Shown one piece after another: positions 42,698 to 56,206 of a DNA stretch of 64,000 nucleotides. Position 1 is the first letter of the stretch, and every line of letters begins with the position of its first letter. Made by a program: the position numbers and the translations under genes. The DNA is from Eledone cirrhosa. Lineage: Eukaryota. Under the pieces are notes generated by a model. That model was given only the letters and a program-made list of their open reading frames with translations. It made no database searches and was not told the origin of the DNA. The stretch lies in assembly GCA_964016885.1 (NCBI GenBank), contig OZ024743.1:107942001-108006000 (forward strand), given 5' to 3'.

Positions 42698-43355
42698 CAT
42701 CATGATAGTAATAATAATAAATTAATGATCATCATCGTCGATGTTTTCTTTGCCTCCTATGTCATCAACGTCATCATCATCGACAGCAAACCCCACCAAA
42801 TCAATTATCATCATCGTTATCCTTAACATTATCGATACCGTCGCAGTTTTCATCGTCATAAACGATGTCTTGCCATAGTCATCATCATCATCATCATCAT
42901 AATCATCATCATCATCATCATCATCACCGCAGTGACAAGCTAACCCAGTAAGCTCTGTAGCAAGTGACACCTAACAAGAATGGTCACAACAACAACATCA
43001 ACACGTGTTACAACAACAACAGAAACAATAACAGCACAACAGCAACAATAACAACAAATGACTTCCTTCCTAAATAAAGGTCAACACACTGAAAAAATAA
43101 AAATACTGACATTGAACTGTTGCAATTTCTCCCTTCAACATCCGACATTTTTTTAATTTGCTGATTATGCAGGGCGTAACATACATACATACAATGTACA
43201 TATGCACATACATTTATACGTACATACGAGCATACTATGTACATAATACATACATACAATACACATACGTAGATACATATAAACAAGATAAATATGTACA
43301 TACACACATACGTAAATAGGACCATACATGTATACGAGGTATATATATGCATATA

Positions 43356-43446
<91 letters not shown>

Positions 43447-43496
43447 TTCATGCAGAAATGCACGAGTTACGTACATAAATTCCTGAAATTCGTATA

Positions 43497-43800
43497 TTCT
43501 TTAACAAGTTTCAGGCATTTATCTGCGGCCATGCTGGGGAACTTCCTTCGAGGGGTCTAGTCAAACATTGTCAGCCAAGTACATATTTAATGTGTCTCTA
43601 TTCGTCGGATCACCAAATTACTGGTATTAAAGCTTCACAACAAATATAACAACACAGGGTGTTTCTTGTTATTTTCTTATAGAGCAATGTAAACATGACC
43701 ACATACGCACTCACAAGTTAGGATTCTGCACAACCTGCATCCACCAAATTTAATTGATCTATTTGAAGTGAATCGTTCTATATAATGTGCATGGGGCCGA
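43497..43800. mobile_element. SINE-like family 3, diverged (related pieces at about 51605-51880 and 54828-54872)
   Basis: Shared TTTCAG.CATTT..CTGCGGCCAT motif in three places. Confidence 0.45.
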
Positions 43801-43883
43801 GGTTTTACCACAATATAATTTTATATATATATATAATTAACAATTTAAGAAAGGATAGTATCATTATTATTTATCTATACCTC

Positions 43884-44004
43884 GCTACGGACGTTTCAAC
43901 ACGGCTAGCATATCGCATCCATTTGTGGAGAAAACTGGATATTACCAGTTAGTTATTTACTCCATTATAGATGGTATATTAAAATAGTATCTCTTCAGGA
44001 ATTA
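43884..44004 (-). ncRNA. Hammerhead-like motif with ~90-nt stem II
   Basis: Minus strand: CTGAAGA-GATAC...nested hairpins...GTGTT-GAAACGTC. Stem I is poor. Confidence 0.4.
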
Positions 44005-44037
44005 TATATATAAAAATATAACAATAAACTTATTAAC

Positions 44038-44068
<31 letters not shown>

Positions 44069-44180
44069 TGAAGAGAACAACCCAAAACATCGAAATTAAT
44101 GCAAGATCTTTCAACTAACACGTATGTTGCACACATTCAGTTTATATTTGATTGCTGTAAATGCTGAGGTATTTAGGCTC

Positions 44181-44232
<52 letters not shown>

Positions 44233-44838
44233 CTCAATATTATGTTGCCTCCATTTACATATTAATTCAATCAAACTCCCCACGACTGCTGCTGCCACTC
44301 GTTCTTTAATTTCTTTTTATTCTCCCACGCTAATTCCTCTCCCTACTCCACTATTGCTTGGTTTTCTGTATATTCTTTGTTATTCCCCTTTTCCCAATGA
44401 CCAAGCGCCATGTTATCTACATTCTATCCATTCGCTTTATATAAATGTTCAGCTCATTAAGAAGAAGTTAACTCACTAACAAAGGCCATTTGTACTTTTT
44501 TTTTTTTACCAATAATTAATTAGGGGGGTAATTATCAGCGAATAATCTCCTTCTCCCCATTTCTTCATACAGTACATCGTACACTATTCCACTCATACAC
44601 AACAGACTGCGTGCTACATCACACCACCGTACCACTCTACACCAACTAACACCACTTCATATCACACCATACCCCTCACCTTAGAATGCCCTAGAATATC
44701 TAATGATGTTGGTGATGCTGATGGCGGTGGTGATCGTAGTCCTGGGAAATTTGTTCGTCTTTCAGCTTACCCACTCAGCACTTGCTATAACTAAACTCAC
44801 ACACATACACACTGACATACATATATATATGTATATAG

Positions 44839-44927
<89 letters not shown>

Positions 44928-44964
44928 TATACATATATATATATACATACACCTATATACATAT

Positions 44965-45075
44965 ATATTTTGAAATATTCATTTCTGCGTTCACAGATTG
45001 ACTTTGTTAGTTTCAGAAGATCCCGTTAAGGGTGAAAGCAGCGATTCTTTGCTTAAACTTCAATCTGTTATTTTA

Positions 45076-45078
<3 letters not shown>
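44965..45078 (+). mobile_element. Family B copy (single arm) between (TA)n tracts
   Basis: GAAGATCCCGTTAAGGGTGAAAGCAGCGATTCTTTGCTTAAACTT is identical to 15093-15137. Confidence 0.75.
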
Positions 45079-45172
<94 letters not shown>

Positions 45173-45431
45173 ACGAAAACAGAGTGCCCAATAAAAAAGA
45201 TGATTGAAATATATTAGAGACCGTTAGTAAATATACATCGTATCTATTTTGTTTCATTTTAGCTAAGTAATCATTAGACAACAATATTCAACCATAGTCA
45301 CGATATATATGTTGTTAGCATGCTCAGTCTTTGTCGATCATCCTGACTAGTGAATATGTGATATAGTCAGTTGCCTGATAGTAACCAAGTAAGAGACAGA
45401 CGAAGGGAAATATATTTTAGTGTTATTATTT

Positions 45432-45612
45432 TGACAGTATCGGTAGAGCGCAGACACCATGCTTTACAGCATAGAGTTATGGCCCTTTGCGTTCTGGATT
45501 CAAATCCCGCCGAGGTTAACTTTGCCTTTCATCCTTACGGGGTCAATAAAATAAAGTACCACTAATGCTCTGGGATAGTTGCTGGCCTTGTGCCAAAAGT
45601 AGAAACAATTAT
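45432..45612 (+). mobile_element. SINE family 1, near full-length
   Basis: Head, B box GATTCAAATCCC, central domain and tail. Confidence 0.88.
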
Positions 45613-45848
45613 TTAAAATGTGATAAATTATTGTAGTATAAAAAAGATTTACATATGCGATACTTTGTTTAGGATATCTAGAACAAAGATTATGTTAACA
45701 CACACACTGTGAATAAGGTTCTGCAGATCTTATGAAATGGTATTACTAAGCAAACAGAAACGATGTTTGTGGTGGTGTTCTTGCTGCTATTGTAGTTCTT
45801 TATCTGCAGGTGAAACCTGTCTCCAACGAGTATCCTATTAAGTGTGTG

Positions 45849-46060
45849 GGGGCACGTGGCCTTGTGGTAAGAGTGTTGGACCATAATGTCGTGGGTTCGA
45901 TTCCTAGGTTGCGTATTGTATTCTTGAGCAAACACTTAATTTCACGATGCTCCAGTGTACTCAGCAGAAAGTGTGTAACAGCAATAGCTGGGGGGTTAAA
46001 CCTGAGATGGACTGGCGTCTTGTCCAGGGGGGAGTCTTGTACTTTCAGTGGTTTCACGCC
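45849..46060 (+). mobile_element. SINE family 2 (tRNA head plus CORE-like domain)
   Basis: GGCACGTGGCCTTGTGGTAAG (A box), GGTTCGATTCC (B box), TTCTTGAGCAAACACTTAATTTCAC. Confidence 0.7.
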
Positions 46061-48221
46061 ATAAAACCGATGTTCTATAAGATAGAGGTATTATATGTGG
46101 CTACAATATTGAAGCTGACAATTAAATACTAATGCAATACCTAATATTGCGTGTCTAAATCAACAAGCCTACGGGAAAATTCGATTTTATCGAAGCAGCG
46201 AGGAAGCCACTACGTGAAAGCACAACCTACTAAAGTAGGAAGCATATTTTTATTTTATGAAATCACACCCTACGGCCTTTGAATAAGTAGGTATTGTATA
46301 ATCTACTGATAGGGCTTTCGAGCTAAAGAAAATGACGTGATGGTTATGGCTAAAATTCTTCTATTTTAGTCGATCAAGGCTGACCGGGACCAACAAATTT
46401 TGTAAATACGTCGATCTTGCCCTACATCACCATCTCAGTCAATTTCATCTTTTATCATCTTCCCCTCTCCACCCCTGAAAATCGATAAAATAAGTTCCAG
46501 TCGAATGCCTGGGTCGATTTAATCGACAATACCCATCTATTAACATTTGTTGGCTTTTTTATTACCGATGTGAGAAATCAATAATAATTCATATTATCAT
46601 TTGTCTAGACAGTTGGACATTTCTATTTTTTATATATTTATTTATTGGTGAAGCGAATGAGTATATCAAAAAACAGAAACCTTGGGATTGAAATAAATCG
46701 ATATAATGTATCATATCGTATATTATATTGTTTTACATATTTATTGATTTCTAACACGGAAAAACGACAGCAAATTAATTAAGGATATAGATTACTACAC
46801 CAGGACATTACTAACCACCTCTTTTTTGTTTTTGTTTTTGTTGAATTTTAAGAAAATGTAATAGAGATTAAAATTAAGCTAAATATTTTTCACAATTATG
46901 TCATAGGTTTAACTGCAAACAAGTAGTCAGAGTGAGTTAACAACGAACTGAATAGGAATATGATAGGTTTATATATAAAGTTCAATGGAAGCCCTGTTTC
47001 TTTGGAGAACACGTTTATATATATTTCAACAGAATGCGAGGCTTTGGATAAGGGATGCCACCGGGATTTGGGTTCATACTTCATACACTAAATACAGTGT
47101 ACGGACCTTACATTCTGTAACATAACTAGAAAGTGAGATCACTTGTTTACAATCTGTCAATGGCCTAGATTTCTGTCTGTGGTGAAGATAATGTATTCCC
47201 AATTACATTATATATGTTTGGAATTTATTCATATCGTTTTTGCACAATTGCCACATAAGCCGATATATCTGAGCTTACTCGATCAACACGAAATGAATTC
47301 ATTGCTTCAGAGTTGCAATTAATTATTCGATTTTGAAACGACTGTGAACAGAAGGCATAGTTGATGTGTGAACGACATAGGAAAAACAATAACAAAACCC
47401 AGAAAACAGACAAAAAACAATACGCAGATACACACACATATATATGATATACATGCATGCCTTCTTGGCTCAAACCCCACAGAGGTTTACTTTGCATTTC
47501 ATCCTTCTGGGGTCGACACAATAAAGGAAATTTAAATAATGTGGTCGATAAAATAAATACCAGTTAAATACTGTGGTCGATAAAATACAGTATTAGTTAA
47601 GTATTAAGTCAATATAACCAACGTTCCACTTTGCCATAAATGCAGGCCTTGTGCCAAATGTATAAACAATTATTATTGATGATGATGAAAGAAGTTGGGT
47701 GGGAGTGGTGAGTATTGCTCCAGTAAATGGGCCTACTCTCTGCATGAGCCTTTATTCTGGGAGAGCACAGCTGGGGAAGGGTGCTTGGTCTTGGATATAA
47801 TAGTAATCCGAGATCTGGAATGTTCCTTGATTGGATCCAGGTGGCTGACCCCATAGTGGGATGTCTCATTTCATTTCTATTTTCATTCTCTTTCTATTTT
47901 CTCAGACTCACTGCTATGTAAAAACCCAGCAGTGGTGGTGTTTCTTCTTCTTCTTCTTCTTCTTCTTCTTCTTCTTCTTCTTCTTCTTCTTCTTCTTCCA
48001 ACGTCCTCATGACTGAAGGTCTTTGACAAGAGAAACCACTATCACCACCACCACATACATCACAACCACCATCACGAGAATCAGCGCCACGGCAACAAAC
48101 ATCACACCGATGTCATTATCTTCATCATCATCATCATTAATGTCATTATCATTTAAATCATCATCATTGACATCGTCATATATTTCTACTACTATAACCA
48201 CCATGATCATGATTATATTTT

Positions 48222-48625
48222 TGGCGGTTTGGAAGTATCGGTAGAGCATCGAACCCAATGTTTTGTGACATGTAGTTTACAACATGTTACATTCTGAGTT
48301 TAGCTTTGCCTTTCATCCATATTGGTTCAATAAAATGTACCGGTGATACACTTGGTTCGATTTAATCGACTTTCCTCTTCCCTTCAAATTGCTGGCTTTG
48401 TATCGAAAGTAGAAACAATTGCTATTGCAGTTATTAATGTTGATGTTGTAATACAGCCTATCAAGCGCCCTTGTTTAATGCGGACAACATTCAATATGAT
48501 TTATAATTTAGGCATAAGGCCAACAAATTTGGGAGTAGGGGAAAGCCAAATAAAGTGACTTCAGTGCTTGAATGATATTTTATGTAATCCAACCTGGAGG
48601 GATGAGTTGCAGAGTTAACCTCGAC
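48222..48625. mobile_element. Two diverged SINE family 1 copies (48222-48420 +, about 48500-48625 -)
   Basis: Recognisable head, central and tail segments. Confidence 0.6.
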
Positions 48626-48758
48626 ATGCTTTGAATAGAAGGAAAAGAGCCAGAACAAATAACGCAAATCATACCGATCTTGGCCGCCAACTGTCTTAGT
48701 TTAATAATGATAATGGTTTCAAAATATATGTATATATAAGTATATATATTAATATATG

Positions 48759-48798
<40 letters not shown>

Positions 48799-48799
48799 G

Positions 48800-48912
48800 C
48801 GAAACGGCTTGAGCTCTGCCGTCGGGGTCATACTTTTTCCTATTTCCCACTCTACTAACCTAAGTATTGAGTACTCTGGTGCGTTATGGTCCATCTGGTT
48901 CCTTACCACAAT
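48800..48912 (+). mobile_element. Family D single arm (starts at CGAAACGGCTTGAGCTC)
   Basis: Homologous to 52805-52985 and 62952-63090. Flanked by (TA)n. Confidence 0.75.
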
Positions 48913-48942
48913 TCTTTGTCATATATGTATATCAAATTATAT

Positions 48943-48974
<32 letters not shown>

Positions 48975-48980
<6 letters not shown>

Positions 48981-49343
48981 TAAGAGGAATTCCAACTTTG
49001 TCTGATTTACTCGTTTTATTTACAATCCTTTAAAATTTATAATGGTATTATAATGAAATAGTATGATAGAATATTAAATGTTAAGTGTTAATTGAACAAG
49101 TACTTTCATGCTTTCGCAATCTTCAGGTTCATAATGTGTTGTGACAGTCAAGTTTGCAATTTTCACAGGTCAAAATTGCAAACTTTATGAACCTGAAGAT
49201 TGCGAAAGCATGAAAGTTCTTGTTCAATTAACACTTAACATTTAATATTCTATCATACTATTTCATTATAATACCATTATAAATTTTAAAGGATTGTAAA
49301 TAAAACGAGTAAATCAGACAAAGTTGGAATTCCTCTTATTAAT
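48975..49343. mobile_element. Family C fold-back element with two minimal hammerheads
   Basis: About 160-bp inverted arms. Hammerheads at 49093-49131 (-) and 49188-49226 (+). Confidence 0.8.
49093..49131 (-). ncRNA. Minimal type I hammerhead ribozyme, family C
   Basis: Minus strand: TGAAC-CTGAAGA-T-TGC-GAAA-GCA-T-GAAA-GTAC-TT-GTTCA. 5-bp stem I, GNRA-capped stem II, palindromic AGTACT stem III. Confidence 0.75.
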
Positions 49344-49381
49344 ATAATCTTCTATACACAATCATACACACCCGTGTATAT

Positions 49382-49419
<38 letters not shown>

Positions 49420-49421
49420 AC

Positions 49422-49495
<74 letters not shown>

Positions 49496-49506
49496 ATGTA
49501 TGTATG

Positions 49507-49573
<67 letters not shown>

Positions 49574-49697
49574 CTTACTATTAAAAATAGCTCAAGGAAA
49601 AAATGTTCCGAGCCGTGTAATATTTTTCAATATAATAAAGTGAGATAAACACAGATATGTATATATCTGTGTTTGTCTCTCTTTATTATATTGAATA

Positions 49698-50268
49698 GGT
49701 GGATTGGCAGTATCGGTAGAGAGTCGGACGCCATGCTTTCCAACATAGTCACGTCCCTTTGCGGTCTGAGTTCAAATCCCGCCGAGGTTATCTTTGCTTT
49801 CATCCTTACGGGGTCTATAACATAAAGTACCAGTAATGCACTGGGTAATTGCTGGCCTTGTGCCAAAAGTAGAAACAATTATTATTACTGGCAGTGGATT
49901 GGCAGTATCGGTAGAGTGTCGGGCGCCATGCTTTGACGTATAGAGTTACGACCCTTGCCATTCTGAGTTCAAATCCCGCGCAGGTTAACTTTGCTTTCAT
50001 CCTTACGGGGTCTATAAAATAAAGTACCAGTAATGCACTGGGTAATTGCTGTCCTTGTGCCAAAAATTAGAAACAATTATTACTGGCAGTATCGGTAGTG
50101 GGTCGGACGCCATGCTTTGACGCAAAGAGTTACGCCCCTTTCCATTCTGAGTTCAAAAACCGCCGAGGTTAACTTTGCCTTTCATCCTTACGGGGTCGAT
50201 AAAATAAAGTACCAGTAATACACTGGTTAATTGCTGGCCGTGTGCCCAAAGTAGAAACAATTATTATT
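49698..50268 (+). mobile_element. Three tandem SINE family 1 copies (49698-49886, 49890-50081, 50085-50268)
   Basis: Head-to-tail copies joined through (ATT)n ACT. Confidence 0.92.
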
Positions 50269-50280
50269 ACTATATATATA

Positions 50281-51179
50281 TACGAGTTGGGTCAAAAAAG
50301 TTCCAGGACTGATGCCACAAAATATTTATTTTAAACCCAAACTTCACACTGAGAGTTTCCTCCTTCGAAGTAATCCCCCTGGAGTCTAATGCACTTTTCC
50401 CTCCTTTTCTGCCACACTTGCATGCACTCCTGGAAGGATTCTTCCGGGATCCTCCGCAATTCCGTCGTCACGGCAATTTTGATGTCGTCCTCGTCTTCAA
50501 AACGGGTCCCCACCGGGTCGTACTCGAAGATCCATGACTCATCACCGGTGATTACTGTCACTAGCAAGTCTGGTTCAGTTTCAAGACGCTCGAGGATGTC
50601 CTGGCACACTTGCATGCGTCGACCCTTCTAGTCATCGTTCAGCAGTTTTGGTACCATTTCGCGCAAACTTTCCGCATGTCTAAATCTTCAGTGAGCATCT
50701 TCCAGCCGCTGTCCCGATTCATGCCCAGCTTAATTGCCATCAGTCGAACAGTCAGACGAAGATCACTACACACCACCTGCCTGACGCGCTCAACGTTGAC
50801 CTCAGTCCTGGTTGTTGAGGGCCTTCCGCTCATGGGGTCATCTTCCACGTCCTCGCATCCATCTTTAAACCTCTTGCACCACTCAAAAACACATGAGCGT
50901 GACATCGTCTCATCTCCATTCACTTGCTGCAGAAATCCGAGTGCTTCTGATGGAGTTTTCAAGTTTGTTCGTTGCTCTGTGCTCATTGCTTGACGACCTG
51001 AAACAGAGGACATGCATATAAAATTATGAAGAAAAAAGTTTGATCGCTACAGAGTGGTAAGATTACAGTTACATACTCCAGGGGGATGACTTTGAAGGAG
51101 AAAACTCTTAGTGTGAAGTTTGGGTTTGAAATAAATCTTTTGTGCCATCAGTCCTGGAACTTTTCTGACCTACCTCGTA
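50281..51179 (-). mobile_element. Internally deleted mariner (Tc1/mariner) transposon with ~105-bp TIRs, in (TA)n
   Basis: Ends TACGAG..GGTCA.AAAAGTTCCAGGACTGATG. HTH region (VFEWCKRFKDG..DDPMSGRPST), ITGDESWIFEYDP fused to GTRFED..KCIRLQGDYFEG. The middle of the catalytic domain is missing. Confidence 0.92.
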
Positions 51180-51181
51180 TA

Positions 51182-51219
<38 letters not shown>

Positions 51220-51249
51220 CACATGCTTATATGAGTATATATTTTTATA

Positions 51250-51311
<62 letters not shown>

Positions 51312-52804
51312 GTTTATAAGTATATAAGCCAGCGTTTGTGAACTTTAAAGCAGGCTGACTACCTTCTTGTCTACCTGAATGTCTGGCGGTAGACAGAACA
51401 TATTTCTAGTTGTTTACAATTTTATTTTTTAAGTGTTTCAATTTAAATCTATACCAAAAACAGATTTAGTATATACATTTCTATTTCTTTTTTAAATTGG
51501 GAACTTGCCAGTTCTCCTCTTTTTTTTTCATCTTTTTCTTTGCTGCTGTTGATGAAGTCAATTACTTTGCACTATATATAGTTTGAGGTAATTGAAGCCT
51601 TTAAAAGATACATATATGCTGCCTGGTGGAATCAAGAATTTAAATAAACTTTTCTCCTTTTAATATTTTACTGGTTTCATTCATTAGGCTTTGGCCATAC
51701 TGTGGCACCATTGATTTAGTCGATCATATCAACCTTGTTATCTAATCATTAATATTGTCGCGCCGCTATGTTATAGAACATATATAAACACACACAAACA
51801 CACCTACATCAGAATTCTGGCGTTTCCGCTATTAGTGAAACTGAGGCTATAGTTGAAGACTCTTGTCCAAGTTTCCTTTCCAAAACTAATACCATACAAT
51901 CAATAAAAGAAGAAGCGAGTGCAAGAACTTGAAGCCTCACCTTATAAATAGTTGCCCTAGTGATACTGTCAAACATCAGAAATACTTTTCACAAAATAAC
52001 CTTTTTTATTCCATATAATTTCCTATTTACCTTCAAAACCGTGTATTTATGTGTGCATCGTATCTATGGGTCTGTAACTCCTGATGGATTTGTTGGGGCG
52101 CTGTAGTGACATACGGCCTGTCTTAGGCTTTTTAAACTTGGCCGAGCCCATCCCTTACCAGGTTTGAGGACAGCTGATTTCTTGCAGAAAAGGAGAAAGA
52201 GTAATAGAGAGGAAGTGAGTAAGAAGTATCTATCTGCTACATAAGTTGATAAAATGCATTAAATTCTGTGAGATTCGTTATGTACATAAAATACTCAGAG
52301 GAGTGAGAACTGGTTGGTTTTTCAAATCCTTCAAATAATGTGTTTGTTGGAGAATGACAACAAAGACCAATACTTAAAGGCGGAAAGCAGAATATGGCTG
52401 TCAGCCGCTGTCATGTTTACTTGAATCAAAGTCTCGTATACATCTTATGTCCAAAGTCCCTACTGTCATTCATCTATGACTAGTTCAGATCGTCATTTTC
52501 ATCTAAGAATCAATAGATGCCATTTAAGAAGGTGATATGTTCTTAGAATGTATCGGTCGTGCTGTCGAATCAGTTTTCTCTTGGTTCTTCTTTGTGCAAA
52601 CGTCCAATCCGTCTTTTCCTTCACGTGCTTCAATGTGTTTGTCCGTCCACCTGTCTGTGTGTCTGTCCGTCCGCTGACATTTGCCTCAATATCACTCTAC
52701 ATATGAATCTCTATCACACTCTCTTTCTCTCTCTAGTCTATGTAAATATATACATATATATTCTAGGTATGTATGTATATATATATATATATATATATAA
52801 CGAA

Positions 52805-52985
52805 GGAAATGTGGTAAGGAACCAGGTGGACCATAACGCACCAAAGTACTCAATACTTGAGGTAGTAGAGTGGGTAATAGGAACCAGTAAGACCCCGACA
52901 GCTGAGCTCAAGCCGTTTCGACGGAGTCCAGAATTAGCCGTCGAAACGGCTAGAGCTCAGCTGTCGGGGTCTTACTGGTTCCTAT
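52805..52985. mobile_element. Family D fold-back element (inverted arms 52877-52985)
   Basis: ATAGGAACCAGTAAGACCCCGACAGCTGAGCTC.AGCCGTTTCGACGG and its reverse complement. Confidence 0.8.
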
Positions 52986-53278
52986 ATATATATATATATA
53001 TATATTCTATGAATCTATCTATCTATCTATCTATAGATATATATTCTATGTATGTATCTATATATATATACCTCTGTCTATCATCTATTCTAAAATACTT
53101 CCTCTATCTATGCAAGTACGTTTCTTTACGTTTACCAATATGATCGCTCTATTTCCTTTCCATAGCACATTATGCAGTTATTACTTTTCATAATATTGAT
53201 ATTTCTCATTAAAAGACAAGAAGCTACCAAATTGTCTTTCGGTAACTTTGTCTCTGTGTTATTGTATACATGCCTATC

Positions 53279-53322
<44 letters not shown>

Positions 53323-53444
53323 GGGGGGGGGGCAGTGTATGTCTGTGTGTGCATGTGTACGTGAATATCTAATATGTGCAGCGTAGGTATAGATATACTC
53401 TTTCTTTCTCATGTCCTCTCACCGTCTTAATATCTTTCTTCTCT

Positions 53445-53513
<69 letters not shown>

Positions 53514-53515
53514 CC

Positions 53516-53549
<34 letters not shown>

Positions 53550-53553
53550 TATT

Positions 53554-53592
<39 letters not shown>

Positions 53593-54720
53593 TTATATAT
53601 CTTTTAAAAATGTTTATATTATCTTTTATTTTTGTTTTGTTTCTCTTCATACTTGCCTTATTATTTTCCTTTCTTCTTTTCTCATCTTTCTTTCACTTTT
53701 CCTTTCAATCTTTATTTATTTACTTTTTTCAGTGAGATTATTTAAGGGCACTTTTATGACAGCCACAGCTAACACTCTCCATCAGCTAATATATAATGCA
53801 ACGTCATCGACAGATGCACCCTATGTGCCCCTTAGAGCACTTTACCCACCTCCCTGCCTTCCCACCTCCATGTCCACCTAACGCTTACTAACACTTATCT
53901 TCACACACCCATTATACTGACAGCAGCATCGAACCATAAGGAAGGGGCGGCCCTCAGTATAGTGCCTCCACCTGCAAGACAAGACAGGAAAATCTTGTCT
54001 GAAAAATGAGGGATAGAGATAATAATGCATTATTTAGCATTAAATGTCCCTTAAAGAAAACGACACGATGGCCATGTCTAGAATGCCTTAGATCAGAGCT
54101 CTGCATGATGAGAGATTGAACTGTAAATATACAACAACAACAACAACCACAATGACAAAACAACTTTAACTATTTGTTTAACTAAACAACCTACTTTTCT
54201 ACTAAGACAATCATACCTTTATTTGTGTTACCAAAATAACATTATCGGGTTGATTTCAATAATGATAATGATTGTAATGATGATAATGCTGACGATGATG
54301 ATCATCATCTTCATCATCATTAATTTCATCAACCTCGTCTTTATCACCTTCGAATTTATTGTCGTTTTTGACGTCCACAACAGTAACGACTACAGCAAAG
54401 AAGACAACAACAGCAACTTTAATTTCAACATGACGACCACTTAGGTTTCGTGGAGATAATTGTGTTGGTGGAGGTGTGTTGTTCGGGGTAGTGGTGGGTG
54501 TTGTAATGATGGTTTTTTGTTCGTAGTGATGGGGTTTGTAGTGTTGGTAGTATTAAGGACATACGTTTCTTGAGTGAGTTGCGGTTTAAATCTGTAAAAT
54601 GGCTGGCGTCATCTGTCGATCTCGTTTTAACAACAATGACAATAAGAATTTTTTTCAAGTTTACGTACTTGTTCGATAGCCGTCACTGCTTTTTGTTGTC
54701 CAAAACAGTGTTATTTCTGA

Positions 54721-54832
<112 letters not shown>

Positions 54833-55433
54833 ACTCTTTTACTGATTCAGTCATTTGACTGCGGCCATAGTAGAATATATATATATATATGCATATAAAT
54901 ATATACATATATATATATACACACACTCATAAATAACACTGTATATATAGTAATGGTAGAGTGGCAATGATTGTGATTGATGTTGTTGTTGTGGCTGTTA
55001 TTATTGTAGGTCGACGCCATGATGGTAGTAATGATGTTGCGGTAAACTTGTGATTGATGTTGGCTTTGTTGTTGTAATTGTCACTGCTGTTGTTCTTGCC
55101 AGCTGCTTGATCATCAATGTCAAGAATTGTGAGGGGCAGCCATAGAAACTTGTCACAATAGCAAATTCACCTTCTTCACTTTCCTCATCTACCAGCCCGC
55201 CTCTCATCCTATATACCTTTTCTCCAGTTCATGTTTGCATACTCTCCTACTTAGATCAGTGCATGTATGCATAGACACTTACACAATTATATACGCTACC
55301 ATCTATTAATACATACACACATATGCACACACTCCCAAATATTGTCTTTACTGGAAATGTTTTCCTACACATACAGGCGAATATATCCACATAGACAACC
55401 ACATATACAAATAGGCCCCCAACTACACTCACA

Positions 55434-55497
<64 letters not shown>

Positions 55498-55500
<3 letters not shown>

Positions 55501-55623
55501 ATAATAATAAATTTGAAGACTAAAATCCAAAGATAAGGATACATATATATCAAATATGTAAGAACCGTAGAGCAAATATATATTTGCTTAAATATTCTTT
55601 GCTTAAACTTTAATCTGTAATAA

Positions 55624-55625
<2 letters not shown>
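55498..55625. mobile_element. Family B copy with the palindrome core deleted
   Basis: Matches 14938-15028, then jumps to ATTCTTTGCTTAAACTTTAAT of the right arm. Confidence 0.75.
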
Positions 55626-55669
<44 letters not shown>

Positions 55670-55854
55670 ATGTGTCTGTATATGTGTGTCTATAATATTA
55701 ATAATAATAATAATTCTGATAATAGGTTTAAATCGAAGTTGTAGCCACTCTGTAGCAGATACCAATCTAATTGTTTGAGGCAGTCTCAAAGCACTCATTG
55801 CTACGAGAAGTTTATATATATCTATATCTATATATATATACACACACACATATA

Positions 55855-55928
<74 letters not shown>

Positions 55929-55960
55929 TATACATATATATACATATATATATATACACA

Positions 55961-56042
<82 letters not shown>

Positions 56043-56053
56043 CATATATATAC

Positions 56054-56120
<67 letters not shown>

Positions 56121-56145
56121 CATATATATATACATATATATATAC

Positions 56146-56201
<56 letters not shown>

Positions 56202-56206
<5 letters not shown>

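Noticed and set aside
53954-54163. Non-repetitive 69-aa ORF with an AG acceptor-like site
   Set aside because: No recognisable protein similarity or consistent exon structure.
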